Assembly: GCA_965213685.1 (NCBI GenBank)
Contig: CBDBZY010000003.1
Coordinates: 32,001-96,000 of the forward strand
Length of the DNA: 64,000 nucleotides
Source: a bacterium
GTDB taxonomy: Bacteria > UBA8248
Direction of reading: 5' to 3'
The translations under genes were made by a program, and so were the position numbers. Positions 52,027 through 62,753 of this stretch are shown here, piece after piece (position 1 is the first letter of the stretch; the number at the start of each line of letters is the position of its first letter). The notes below the pieces were generated by a model. That model was not told the origin of the DNA, searched no databases, and saw only the letters and a program-made list of their open reading frames with translations.

Positions 52027-53314
52027 GGCGGACGGCGTCCCTGCGCGCCATTCCGGGCGGGTCGCGCGTGTTCCTCCCCGGCGAGGCGCGACGCAAGAGA
52101 GAGGTGGAGGAGAGGCTCCTCCGCGTATTCGAGCAGTGGGGATTCCGGGAGATGCTCACGCCCGCCTTCGAGTTCTACGCGCCCAGGGCGGGTTCCGGGG
52201 CACTGGACGCACAGACGTATCGGATGGTGGATTTGGAGAGTGGCGGCCTGCTGGCGCTTCGCGCGGACATGACGCCCCAGATCGCGCGGGCGGCCGGAAC
52301 GATTCTGGCCGCGCACCCCCCGGCCCTTGCGGCTCTCCTATTCGACGAACGTCTTTCGCCACGCCCACGTGGCGGGGGGAGCTGCAGCGGGAGTTCTGGC
52401 AGGCGGGCGTGGAGCTGATCGGCCTGGTCTCCTTGGAGGCCGACGCCGAGGTGATAGCCATCGCCGTAGAGTGCCTGCGGGCGAGCGGCGTGGAGAATTT
52501 TCGCATGTCCCTGAGCCATGGCGCATTCCTGCGGGGGATTCTGGACGCCCTGGGCCTGGAGGGTGCCCGGAGGGCGGAGCTGCTCGAGGCGATAGGCCGC
52601 CGGGACGCCGCCGGGGTGGCGAGCCTGCTGAAAGGGTGTCCGCGCGAGAGGACCGACGCCGGGCTCCTCGAGCGCATCCCCGAGTGCTTCGGCGGAGTCG
52701 AGGCGCTCCGGAGGGTGGAGGAGCGGGTGAAGACCCCGGGGGCCAGGCGCGCGGTTCGGGAGCTTTTGCGGGTGTTTCGCATACTGGAGCTGTATGGCCT
52801 CTCGGAGCGCATCCTCTTCGATTTGTGCGATTTCAGGGATTTTGACTATTACACGGGCATGATATTCGAGGGGTTCGTGGAGGGTTCCGGGTATCCCGTA
52901 TGCGGCGGCGGCCGGTATGATCAGCTCTTGGGCCTCTATGGGGACGACGCACTCGGAACGGGGTTCGCCGTCGACCTGAACCAGTTGCTTCCCCTGGCGA
53001 TGGAGGGGGCGGCGAGCGGAAACGGGACGGATTTCCTCGTCATCGACCGCACCCGGGAGAAGCGGACGGGCATCCTCCTCTCCCGCAGGCTCCGCGCGCG
53101 GGGCTGGCGGGTGGCGCGCGACATCATTCGCCGCGATCCGGAAGGCTCCCTCGCATACGCGCGGGCGGCGGGCGTGTCGAAATGCCTCATCATCGAGCGC
53201 GGCGCGGGGAGGGGCGGCAGGGTGCGGCTCCTGGAGCCTGGCGGAGAAGACTTGGGCGCATACCCGGTCGCGGAGATACTCCATCGGGTGGGCGGAAGGG
53301 AAGGCGACAGATGA
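52023..53314 (+). CDS. hisZ: ATP phosphoribosyltransferase regulatory subunit (frameshifts near 52320 and 52375)
   Basis: TPAFEFY, LALRADMTPQIAR, RLSYSTNVFR, REFWQAGVELIG, DYYTGMIFE, GGGRYDQL; upstream of purA. Confidence 0.88.
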
Positions 53315-54633
53315 GCGTCTTGGCGATTCTCGGCGGCCAGTGGGGCGATGAGGGAAAGGGCAAGGTCATCGACTGGCTCGCTGGCCAGGCGGACGTGGTG
53401 GCCCGCTATCAGGGGGGGGCCAACGCGGGCCACACGGTGGTGGTCGAGGGGAGGCAGTATATCCTCCACCTGATGCCGACGGGGATATTGCGCCCGGGGG
53501 TGAAGTGCATCATCGGCTCGGGCGTGGTGGTGGACCCGCTGGCGCTGGTGGAGGAGATCCGCTACCTCCGAGCGGAGGGCATCTACATCGGGGAGAACCT
53601 CGTCGTCGGCAAGCGGGCGCACCTCATCATGCCCTACCACAAGGTGCTGGACTCCCACATGGAGGAGCTGCTGGGGGTGAATCGCATCGGCACGACGGGC
53701 CGCGGCATCGGGCCGGCCTACTCCGACAAGGCGGCGCGGCTGGGGGTGCGCATTTCCGACCTCTTCGACGAGAAAATACTCAGGGAGCGCGTCCGCGTCA
53801 GCCTGGCCATCAAAAAGCGGCTTCTGGGGGACATCGGGCTGAGCGCGGAGGAGGCAAGAGCCCTGGATGCGGCCCACGTCCTGGAGGTCTGCTCCGGGGT
53901 GCGGGAGATACTCGGCCCCCACGTGCGGAACACGGATGCGGAAATCAACGAGGCGTTGAGCAAGAACCGGAAAATCCTCCTCGAGGGCGCGCAGGGAATC
54001 CTGCTGGACCTGGACATGGGCACGTATCCCTATGTGACGTCGAGCAACACCGGCGTGGGCGGGGCGATGAGTGGCCTGGGGCTGCCCTATCATCGCCTGG
54101 GCGCGGTGTTCGGCATCATGAAGGCGTACTGCACCCGGGTGGGCCAGGGCCCGTTTCCCTCCGAGATGGGGGAGGCGGACGCCGGCCGCCTGCGGGAGGA
54201 GGGCGGGGAGTTCGGCGCCACCACCGGCAGGCCCAGGCGATGCGGATGGTTCGACGCCGTGGCGGCGCGCCACTGCGTCCAGGTGGCCGGAATGGACGCG
54301 ATAGCGGTGACGAAGCTCGACGTTCTCGACAACCAGGAGAGGATTCGGGTTTGCGTGGGCTATGAATACGAGGGGGAGCGCCTCACGGTGTTTCCGGCGG
54401 AGACCTCGATTCTGGAGCGATGCCGGCCCGTGTACGCGGAGTTTCCCGGCTGGATGTCCTCCACCGGGGGAGTGCGGGATTACGAGAAACTCCCTCCCCG
54501 GGCGAAGGATTACATCCGGCGGATCGAGGAGTTGACGGGCAGGCCGGTGTGGCTGATTTCCACGGGGCCCCGCCGTGATGATACGATATGCCTCCACAAC
54601 CCCTTCCAGGGGGACGGGGTGCCCGGCGGTTGA
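53311..54633 (+). CDS. purA: adenylosuccinate synthetase
   Basis: GQWGDEGKGK, GGANAGHT, IGTTGRGIGPAY, EGAQG, TYPYVTSS, GATTGRPRRCGWFD. Confidence 0.97.
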   Translation: MSVLAILGGQWGDEGKGKVIDWLAGQADVVARYQGGANAGHTVVVEGRQYILHLMPTGILRPGVKCIIGSGVVVDPLALVEEIRYLRAEGIYIGENLVVGKRAHLIMPYHKVLDSHMEELLGVNRIGTTGRGIGPAYSDKAARLGVRISDLFDEKILRERVRVSLAIKKRLLGDIGLSAEEARALDAAHVLEVCSGVREILGPHVRNTDAEINEALSKNRKILLEGAQGILLDLDMGTYPYVTSSNTGVGGAMSGLGLPYHRLGAVFGIMKAYCTRVGQGPFPSEMGEADAGRLREEGGEFGATTGRPRRCGWFDAVAARHCVQVAGMDAIAVTKLDVLDNQERIRVCVGYEYEGERLTVFPAETSILERCRPVYAEFPGWMSSTGGVRDYEKLPPRAKDYIRRIEELTGRPVWLISTGPRRDDTICLHNPFQGDGVPGG

Positions 54634-54717
54634 CTTCGGGACGCTTCCCGGAGATTCTCGCGCGTCTTCTCCGGCCACCCTCTTCCGGCCGCCGGCGATG
54701 AGGAAAGGGGGGAACGC

Positions 54718-55615
54718 ATGGCGCCTGAAAACGTATCCCTCGGGCTGGCTTTCGCGGCGGGGGTGTTGAGTTTCGCCTCCCCGTGCATCCTCCCCCTGGT
54801 TCCGAGCTACCTCTCCTATCTGACGGGCTTGTCCTACGAGGAGATCCGCGAGAGCGGCGAGGGCCGCCCGCGTGCGAAGCGTCATTCTGGCGAATTCCCT
54901 GTTCTTCGTGGCCGGCTTCTCCCTCGTCTTTGTGCTCCTGGGCGCCAGCGTCTCCTTCCTCGGCAACGTCCTGTTCGCATACCAGGACGGCGTCCGGCTG
55001 CTGGGCGGCATCCTGATCACCATGTTCGGCCTCTACGTCGGAGACAGGGCGTTCGACTTCCTTGGCCAGAGGTTCTTCTCCGCGCGGCCTGCGGGCGCGA
55101 GCGGCGCGTTCGCCGCCGTGGTCCTGCTGGCGGGCCTGGCGGGGCTGCGAAAGGGCTATCCCACGCTGGGCGGCGCGCTCACGGCCGCCGCCCTGTATGT
55201 CTTCGCCGCCGTCTTCCTGCCCGCACTCTCCGCCGATAGCCGCGTCATGCTGAAGAGCAAGCCCGCCGGCTGGCTCGGGAGTGCCCTGGTCGGCGTCACC
55301 TTCGCCGCCGGCTGGACGCCCTGCGTCGGCCCCATTCTGGGCAGCATCCTCCTGTTCGCGGGAACGCAGCAAACGGCGGGCCAGGGCGTCCTCCTCCTGG
55401 CGTCCTACTCCGCCGGCCTGGGCGTCCCGTTTCTCCTGAGCGGTCTCGGCGTGGGCTATTTCTTCCGGTTCTACCAGACGTTCCGGCGGTATTTCCGCGG
55501 CGTGGAAATCGCGAGCAGCGCCATGCTTCTGCTCGTGGGCGTTTTGCTGATATCCAACTATCTGAACGCGATTTCCGCCTATCTCATCTTCTGGACGGGA
55601 TTTACGGGCATCTAG
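54718..55615 (+). CDS. ccdA: cytochrome c biogenesis protein CcdA (frameshift near 54865)
   Basis: AFAAGVLSFASPCILPLVPSYL and FAAGWTPCVGPILGSIL, YSAGLGVPF. Confidence 0.88.
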
Positions 55616-55681
55616 GCGTTGCGGGGCGCGCGCTTCCTCTCCGCGCCCGTTTTTTGCGCCTTCCCGTTCGGCTCCTGTGCG

Positions 55682-56431
55682 TCAGGTCGGCGGTTTTTCC
55701 GATTGCGCGCAGGCGATGGCGTCCGCAAAGGCGCGAAAGGCGGCCCTCGGGTCTCGCGCGTCCCGGATGGGCCTGCCCACCACCAGCAGGCTGGCGCCGT
55801 TTCGCATCGCGTGGGACGGGGTTTGCGCGCGCGCGTGATCGTCATGCGCACCGGCTTGGAGCCGGACGCCTGGCGTGACGATCAGCGCCCCGTCGCCCAG
55901 CAGCCGCCGGAGCGGCGCCACCTCCCCGGGCGAGGCGACCACGCCGTCGAGGCCGGCCTCCCGGCTGAGCCTGCCCATCGCCAGCGCCTGGGGTTCCACC
56001 TCCCGGCAGACGCCGATGGCGCGGAGGGCGCCGTCGTCCAGACTCGTGAGCACCGTGACCGCCAGAACGGCGGGCGGGTTCCGGCATTCCTCGCGGCCCC
56101 GCGCGCAGGCCTCGAGCATGGCGGGGCCGCCCGCGGCGTGAACGGTGAGGAGCGACACCCCCAGCTCGCCCGCGGATTTCACGGCTCTTCGGGCGGTGGC
56201 GGGGATGTCGTGGTATTTCAGGTCGAGGAAAACGCCGGCCCCGCGCGCGCGGACGGCCTCCACCGCCGGCGGACCCTCCCGGCTGAAAAGCTCCATCCCG
56301 ATCTTGAACCAGCGCGCCGCGCCCTCGAGTGCGTCCATCAGGCGCGTCGCCTCGGGGAGGGTGGGCAGGTCCAGTGCGCAGATGATTCTCTCGGCGGGGG
56401 CCAAATCGGCCCGGGGGTCTGGCGCGTCCAA
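55682..56431 (-). CDS. pyrF: orotidine-5'-phosphate decarboxylase
   Basis: ICALD, KIGMEL, FLDLKYHDIPAT, AVTVLTS, VTPGVR, VVGRPI. Confidence 0.96.
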   Translation of the reverse strand: MDAPDPRADLAPAERIICALDLPTLPEATRLMDALEGAARWFKIGMELFSREGPPAVEAVRARGAGVFLDLKYHDIPATARRAVKSAGELGVSLLTVHAAGGPAMLEACARGREECRNPPAVLAVTVLTSLDDGALRAIGVCREVEPQALAMGRLSREAGLDGVVASPGEVAPLRRLLGDGALIVTPGVRLQAGAHDDHARAQTPSHAMRNGASLLVVGRPIRDARDPRAAFRAFADAIACAQSEKPPT

Positions 56432-56491
56432 TGGCGCCTCCTCCTTCTTCGCGTCCGGCCCCTGTGCCCCGCGCGGGGGGCAGGGGGCCCC

Positions 56492-57247
56492 CTAGTCGGG
56501 GTCGTTCTCCCACTCTTTTTCGCGCTCCTCCTCCCGCCTCTTCTTGCGTCGGAGGATGATGCGCGAGATGAGGACGCTGATCTCGAACAGGACGATGATG
56601 GGCCCCGCCAGAAACACCTGCGTCACCACGTCCGGCGGCGTGAGCAGGGCGGCCATGACGAATGCGCCGACAAAGACGTATCCGCGATTTTTCGACAGGA
56701 AGTCGGGCGTGATGACGCCGATTTGCACGAGCAGAACGGTGATGATGGGCACCTCGAACACCAGTCCGAACGTGAAGATCAGCTTGAAGGCGAAAGAGAT
56801 GTAGAAACCGATGGAAATCTGGGGCGTCAGGGTTTCGGTGGCGAATCCCAGCAGAAAGGCGAGGCCGTAGGGGAGGATGAGGAAATAGCAGAACAGGGCG
56901 CCGCCGATGAAGCTCAGCGTCGAGAAAAACACGAAGGGTATGACGTAGCGCTTCTCCCGGTCCATGAGCCCCGGGGCGCAAAACCGCCAAATCTGGAACA
57001 GGATGATGGGCAGGCTGATGAACACCGCGCCGAAGAAGGAGACCTTGACGTGCGCGAAAAACGCCTCCGTCGGCGCCAGGAAAACGAGCTTCTGCCCGGC
57101 GATGGGGCGCTGCATCAGGTCGAGCAGGTCGGCGGAGAAATAATAGGCGCCCAGGAACACGGCGAGGACGGTGCCGAGGATGTAGAGGATTCTGTTGCGC
57201 AGTTCCGTCAGGTGCCCGGTGAGGGGCATGGAAGCGTCGCCGCTCAC
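56492..57247 (-). CDS. tatC: Tat translocase TatC
   Basis: MPLTGHLTELRNR, PTEAF, FCAPGL..EKRY, FEVP, TPPDVVTQ. Confidence 0.95.
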   Translation of the reverse strand: MSGDASMPLTGHLTELRNRILYILGTVLAVFLGAYYFSADLLDLMQRPIAGQKLVFLAPTEAFFAHVKVSFFGAVFISLPIILFQIWRFCAPGLMDREKRYVIPFVFFSTLSFIGGALFCYFLILPYGLAFLLGFATETLTPQISIGFYISFAFKLIFTFGLVFEVPIITVLLVQIGVITPDFLSKNRGYVFVGAFVMAALLTPPDVVTQVFLAGPIIVLFEISVLISRIILRRKKRREEEREKEWENDPD

Positions 57248-57642
57248 GTCCGGGTGTCATCCTCTTGTGCGGATTTCTCGGCGGCGTCCGCGTGCGCCGC
57301 ATTCTCCGAGGAGGCGCTCCCGGACGTGCTCTCGCCGGCCGCTGCCTGCTCCGCCTCCTCCCCCCTCTCCTCCTCTTCCTCCGAGGCGTCGGCTTCGGGC
57401 GCCTGCTCCTTCTCGGCGGCCTTTTTCTTCTCTCCCCCGGTTTTCGCGTCATCCTCGAGCAGGTCGAGGTCGTAGTCGCTCTCCAGGTTGAAGCTGTCCT
57501 GAAAATCCGACGTCGCGCGCTTGAAGTCGCCCAGCGCCTTCCCGAGCGAGCGGGCGAGTTCCGGCAGGCGCTTGGGTCCGATGACCACCAGGGCGACCAC
57601 CAGTATCACGATCAGCTCCGTCATCCCGATGCTTCCGAACAA
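57244..57642 (-). CDS. tatB: Tat translocase TatB/TatA family subunit
   Basis: TTG start; FGSIGMTELIVILVVALVVIGPKRLPELARSLGK; acidic tail; coupled to tatC. Confidence 0.85.
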   Translation of the reverse strand: MFGSIGMTELIVILVVALVVIGPKRLPELARSLGKALGDFKRATSDFQDSFNLESDYDLDLLEDDAKTGGEKKKAAEKEQAPEADASEEEEERGEEAEQAAAGESTSGSASSENAAHADAAEKSAQEDDTRT

Positions 57643-57811
57643 GGCCCCTCTCCTCCCCCGCACCCCGAAGACCGTTCCCTGGGTTTATACCAAAACATGC
57701 GGGCTTGGTGAACGCGCTCCCGGGCGGGCGGCTATGATCGCCCTGCGCCTTGTGCTACATTCGCCGCACGTGGGTTGGCCCGGGCGGGGTGTCCTTACAA
57801 AGCGCAGGCGC

Positions 57812-59683
57812 ATGGATCGGGAACCAGCAGAAGAAAAACGGGTGGCGATTCAGGAGTCCGCCGCGTTTCCATATGTTCGCGGCGCCTTGGGCCTCGAGGA
57901 TGTGGACGATTCCTCGGTGGCGGAGATTCTCGCGCCCCTTCTCCACAGAAGCCCCGGCGGCCTCCTAGGCGCGGATGCGGCCGCCCGGCTGCTCGGCGCG
58001 CCCCATCTCCCCGAAACCACGTTCGCCGTCGTCGACATCGAGACCACGGGCGGGCGTCCCCCCCAGCACCGGATCACGGAGCTGGCCGCCGTGAAGGTGC
58101 GCGCCGGCGAGGTGGTCGAGACGTATGACGCCCTGGTCAACCCGGGTCGGGAGATTCCCTGGAACGTCGTGCGCCTGACCGGAATCACCGACGCCATGGT
58201 GGCGGACAAGCCGGGCTTGATGGATGCGCTGCCGCCGTTCCTCGATTTTATCGAGGGTTGTGTCTTCGTCGCCCACTGCGCGAATTTTGATTTTCATTTT
58301 TTGAGGTACTACGCGGAAGAATTCCTGCGCCGCCGGTTTTCTCCCCCGGTTCTCTGTACGTTCGAGCTGGCGAACCGGCTTCTGCCGGGGCGGAAACGCT
58401 TCAACCTGGGGGAATTGAGCCGCGCGTTGGGGGTTCCCGACCGGGGAGGGGACAGGCACCGCGCACTGGGCGACGCCCGGGCGACGGCGGAGGTCTTCAT
58501 CCGCTTTGCGCGCATGTGCCAGCTGCTGGGTCTGGGGAGCCTCGAATCCTTGCTGGCGTTTCAGGCGCCCGAAGAGGCGGCGCCCGCCCCCCTGGCGGAG
58601 GGGATTCGGCTCGACCCCTCGGAGGTGGAGTCGCTCCCCGTCGCCCGCGGCGTCTATCGCCTGTATGACGAGAGAAAACAGGTTGTGTTCGCGGGCAAGG
58701 CCAACAACATCCAGCGCGCGGTCCGGGATATGTTCTATCCCAGAAACCGCGCCGCCAGCCGGTTCGCCCTCAGGCTGCGGAACGTGCGCCGCGTGGAGGC
58801 GCATCTCCTGCGGAGCGAGCTGGTCATGAACGTCGAGGCGTTCCGGGCGATGCGAAAATCCCGCCTCGTGAACGGGAGCCTCTCCGTGGCGGGTGCGGGC
58901 TTTTTGCGGCTCGCCCCCGATGGCGCGCCCGCCCGGGTGTCCGTCGCCGCCCGCCTCCTTGCGGATGGCGCGCGCTACTATGGCCCGTTCCGGAAAAAGG
59001 CGCAGCTTCTGGATCTGCTGGGCGCCATTTGCGCCGCCTTTCCGCTCGCGTGCGAGGTTCCGGACGGATATCAGGACGTCAAGCGGGGCGGCGGCCCCCC
59101 GCGCGGAGGAAAGGAGCCGCCCCGCCTGTCGGGCGCCGACGGGGCGGCGCTGCTCGGGGTGCTCGGCGACATCCTGGAGGGCCGCGCGCGCAAGGAGGAT
59201 GAGGGGGTCGTCTTCGCCCTTTTGCGAAACGCCTGGAGCGCGGAGGGGGTCTCGGCGGGCAGGCTGCGGCGCCGCCTCGCCCGGCTCCATCATCTGGTGC
59301 GGACATACGCCCTGTCGGGGCCCTCCGTCGAGCGGAGAAGGCTCATCATCGTGGAGCCCGGCCAGACGCGCGAGCACAGATATTGCTATTTCATACGGGA
59401 TGGGCTGCTGGCCCATGAACTCTCGTTCGAGCGCGGCGCGCCGCCCGTCCGCGCCCTGGAGCGCAAGGTGCGCGAGATATTCCGGGACGGGGACTTCCGG
59501 GCGCCGGAGGCGAACCGGGAGCGCATGGATGAGGCGGCGGTGTTCGCCGGCTGGATGCGGCGGGAGCTGATGGACGGGTTCATGCTGAGCCTCCAGGGCG
59601 GCGGCTCCCCGGCCCGGGTGATGGACGCCTTGATGCGCGCCCTCCATGACCCGCAGGCGGCGGGCACGACGATAACGCTGTGA
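57812..59683 (+). CDS. DEDDh 3'-5' exonuclease (DnaQ-like) fused to a UvrC-like GIY-YIG domain
   Basis: VVDIETTG, LTGITD, AHCANFD, HRALGDA; then GVYRLYD..FAGKA and YYGPF. Confidence 0.8.
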   Translation: MDREPAEEKRVAIQESAAFPYVRGALGLEDVDDSSVAEILAPLLHRSPGGLLGADAAARLLGAPHLPETTFAVVDIETTGGRPPQHRITELAAVKVRAGEVVETYDALVNPGREIPWNVVRLTGITDAMVADKPGLMDALPPFLDFIEGCVFVAHCANFDFHFLRYYAEEFLRRRFSPPVLCTFELANRLLPGRKRFNLGELSRALGVPDRGGDRHRALGDARATAEVFIRFARMCQLLGLGSLESLLAFQAPEEAAPAPLAEGIRLDPSEVESLPVARGVYRLYDERKQVVFAGKANNIQRAVRDMFYPRNRAASRFALRLRNVRRVEAHLLRSELVMNVEAFRAMRKSRLVNGSLSVAGAGFLRLAPDGAPARVSVAARLLADGARYYGPFRKKAQLLDLLGAICAAFPLACEVPDGYQDVKRGGGPPRGGKEPPRLSGADGAALLGVLGDILEGRARKEDEGVVFALLRNAWSAEGVSAGRLRRRLARLHHLVRTYALSGPSVERRRLIIVEPGQTREHRYCYFIRDGLLAHELSFERGAPPVRALERKVREIFRDGDFRAPEANRERMDEAAVFAGWMRRELMDGFMLSLQGGGSPARVMDALMRALHDPQAAGTTITL

Positions 59684-59890
59684 GTCCCCCGGGAGCACCC
59701 CCCGCGCGGGGCGCGCGCGAAACTCCTCCTCCCCCTCCCCTCCCATGCGGTTTCTTGCGCCCCGCGACGGGGCGTGCTATTTTTCATCTCCTCTGTTCTG
59801 GATTTTCTTCCGGGACTCCAGCCCGCGCACGGGGCGCGGGAGCGGCGTGTTTGCCTGGCGCTTTTTCTCGCATGAAGAGGTTTCGCGGCC

Positions 59891-61225
59891 GTGCCGAGAG
59901 ACGGGGATTTCTGGGATGAGGGCGTCGAGCGCATGGAGAGGGACGCGCTCGCCTCCCTTCAGCTGGAGCGCCTTCGGTGGCAGGTTCGCCGCTGCCACGA
60001 GGGCTCCGCGTTCTATCGGGAGCGGCTCGACGCGGCGGGCGTCGGGCCGGATTCGGTGCGCGCGCTGGACGACCTCCGGAAAATTCCTTTCGTGACGAAA
60101 TCAGAGCTCCGCGATGAGCAGCAAAGGCACCCGCCCTTCGGGCGATACGTCGTCGCTCCCCCCGGGACGTGGGGGGAGCTGCACCCCTCCACGGGCACCA
60201 CGGGCGTTCCCGTCAGCACGATCTGGAGCAGGCGGGACGTGGAGAACATCGCGGATTTCACGGCGCGGACGATGTGGAGCTTCGGGGTGCGGCCGGGCGA
60301 CATCGTCCAGAATGCGTTCAGCTATGGTCTGTGGGTCGCCGGCATGAGCGTGCACTACGCCACCCGGAAGATGGGCTGCTTCGTGATACCCATCGGCGCC
60401 GCCATGACCGACCGCCAGATACTCTATCTCACCACCATCGGCTCGACGGTGCTTCTGAGCACGCCGAGCTACGGCCTGTACATCGGCGAGAAGCTCCTGG
60501 AGCAAGGCGTGGACGCGGGGGAGATTCCCCTGCGCATCGGTTCGTTCGGCGGGGAGGCGGGCGCGCAAAACCCGTCCACGCGCTCCCGAATCGAGGCCGC
60601 TCTCGGAATCGACGCCTACGATTATTATGGGCTGGGCGAGATTGGGCCGACCTTCGCGAGCGAATCGGCAGCGAAGTCGGGCCTCATCTGGGCGGAGGAT
60701 CACCACATCATCGAGGTGGTTGACCCGGAGACGAAAAAACCGGCGCGCGAGGGCGAGGTCGGCATCCTCGTCATCACGCATCTCACGCGCGAGGCCACGC
60801 CCATGCTGCGCTACTGGACGAACGATTTCGCCCGCGTGGAGGCCTCCCCCAGTCCCTGCGGGAGAACGCACCTCCGCTCGCCCGGCGGCATCCTGGGGCG
60901 CGGCGACGACCTCGTCATCTACAAGGGGGCGAAGTTCTACCCCGCCCAGGTGGAGAAGGTGGTGCGAAGTTTCGCGGCTCTCGGCAACGAGTTTCGCGTG
61001 GAGCTGCATCCGGATGCGTCGACGGGGCGGGATCGCTGCGTCGTCGTGGCCGAATGCGCGGCGGGCGCGTCGGATTCCGGCTTGAGCGACGCGTTGCGGA
61101 GCAGCCTCCGGGCCGAGCTCTTCGTGACGCCGGAGGTGCGGGTTTTGCCCGCCGGCTCCCTGGAGAGAACGTCGTTCAAGGCGCGAAGGTTTCTGGACCT
61201 GCGCGAATCGAAGGCGCGGACGTGA
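59891..61225 (+). CDS. phenylacetate-CoA ligase family (PaaK-like)
   Basis: PFVTKSELR, STGTTG, NAFSYGLW, TPSY, YGLGE, GRGDDL..KG..YPAQVE. Confidence 0.9.
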   Translation: MPRDGDFWDEGVERMERDALASLQLERLRWQVRRCHEGSAFYRERLDAAGVGPDSVRALDDLRKIPFVTKSELRDEQQRHPPFGRYVVAPPGTWGELHPSTGTTGVPVSTIWSRRDVENIADFTARTMWSFGVRPGDIVQNAFSYGLWVAGMSVHYATRKMGCFVIPIGAAMTDRQILYLTTIGSTVLLSTPSYGLYIGEKLLEQGVDAGEIPLRIGSFGGEAGAQNPSTRSRIEAALGIDAYDYYGLGEIGPTFASESAAKSGLIWAEDHHIIEVVDPETKKPAREGEVGILVITHLTREATPMLRYWTNDFARVEASPSPCGRTHLRSPGGILGRGDDLVIYKGAKFYPAQVEKVVRSFAALGNEFRVELHPDASTGRDRCVVVAECAAGASDSGLSDALRSSLRAELFVTPEVRVLPAGSLERTSFKARRFLDLRESKART

Positions 61226-61232
61226 GCGGCGC

Positions 61233-61253
61233 GGGGGGGGGGGGGGGGGGGGG
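61233..61253. repeat. poly-G tract (G21), intergenic, abutting the thiolase RBS
   Basis: Read directly from the sequence. Confidence 0.85.
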
Positions 61254-61259
61254 AGCGCG

Positions 61260-62430
61260 TTGCGTGACGTATCCATCATCGGAGCGGGGGTCACGCCCTT
61301 CGGCGTGAGAGCGGAGAGCGTCGTCGCCCTGGGCGCTGCGGCCTGCCGCGACGCGCTCGCCGACGCCGGTCTTGCGCCGGAGCGGGTCGAGGCGTTCTTC
61401 CTGGGAAATTTCGCGGGACAAGCCTTCGTCGGCCAGAACCACCTGGCGCCCCTGGTGGCGCACGCGGCGGGGCTGGGCGCCATACCCTGTACCCGCCTCG
61501 AGGGCGCGTGCGCCTCAGGGGGGCTCGCGATGCGCCAGGGGGTGCTGGCGGTCGCCTCGGGCCAGGCGGATTTCGCCCTCGTCGCGGGCGTCGAGAAGAT
61601 GACGTCCGCGGGGACGGACGAGACGGCCGCCATCCTCGCCGCCGCGGGCGACGTGGCGGTGGAGGGGCGCGTCGGCTCCACGTTTCCCGCCCTGTTTGGC
61701 CTCATCGCCCGCCGCCACATGCATGAACACGGAACGACGCGCGAGGAGATCGCCCAAGTGGCGGTGAAGAACCACGCCCACGGCAGGCTCAACCCGAACG
61801 CGCACATGCGCAAGGAGGTGACGCTGCCCCAGGTGCTGGACGCCAGGCCGGTGGCCGAGCCGCTCGGGCTTTTCGATTGCTCGCTCATCAGCGACGGCGC
61901 GGCGGCCGTCGTGCTGTGCCCCGCGGAGGCGGCGTCCGCGCATCACGAGAAACCCGTCGAGGTCGCGGCGTCGGCGCAGGCGTCGGATTCTCCCGCCCTG
62001 TCGGACAAGCGCGACATCACCTCGTTTCACGCCACCCGGAAGGCGGGGGAGGACGCCTTCGCCCAGGCGGGCCTCGGCCGCGAGGACGTCGACCTCGCCG
62101 AGATTCACGACTGCTTTACCGTGGCCGAGATCATCGCGCTCGAGGATTTGGGATTTTTCGCCAAAGGCGAGGGGGGGCCGCGGCGCGCGCGAGGGGATGA
62201 CGAGGCTCGGCGGCGCGCTGCCGGTGAACACCAGCGGCGGGCTGAAGTCCAAGGGCCATCCGGTGGGGGCGACGGGCGTGGCGCAGATTCACGAGCTGAC
62301 GCTTCAGCTGCGCGATGAGGCGGGGGCGCGCCAGGTTCCGGGCGCCCGCGTGGGGCTGGCCCACAATCTGGGAGGCTCGGGCGCCACGTGCGCCGTCCAC
62401 ATTCTGCGGGCGGCGCGCGGCGCGCGGTGA
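61260..62430 (+). CDS. SCP2-type thiolase family protein (frameshift near 62175-62197)
   Basis: [37 protein letters not shown]; then [23 protein letters not shown] in the next frame. Confidence 0.88.
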
Positions 62431-62447
62431 GGAGCGGAGGCGGACCC

Positions 62448-62753
62448 GTGGAGATATTCGTTTGCGCGCGATGCGGACGCACCCGCCTGGAGGAGGCGGG
62501 GAGTTGCGGACATTGCGGCGGCGACGCGGAGGCGAGGGAGGTGTCCGGCAGGGGGGAGGTCTACAGCTTCTCGACGGTACACATGGGGCCCCGGGGGATG
62601 CCGACGCCCTACCGAATCGCCCTCGTGGAGTTGCGGGAGGGCGGGCGGGTTCTGGCCCGCCTCGCCGACGGCGAGGGAGACGAGCCGGCGGTGGGCGATC
62701 CGGTGGTTTTCTCCGGCCTCTCGGATGTCGGGCCGGTTTTTCGGAGATGCTGA
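62448..62753 (+). CDS. DUF35 family Zn-ribbon/OB-fold protein
   Basis: CARCG..CGHCG, GRGEVYSFSTVH, PYRIALVELREG; follows the thiolase. Confidence 0.88.
   Translation: MEIFVCARCGRTRLEEAGSCGHCGGDAEAREVSGRGEVYSFSTVHMGPRGMPTPYRIALVELREGGRVLARLADGEGDEPAVGDPVVFSGLSDVGPVFRRC

Noticed and set aside
50418-55615. serA, hisZ and ccdA as true pseudogenes or programmed frameshifts
   Set aside because: Motifs are intact on both sides and breaks fall mostly at short homopolymers, typical of sequencing error
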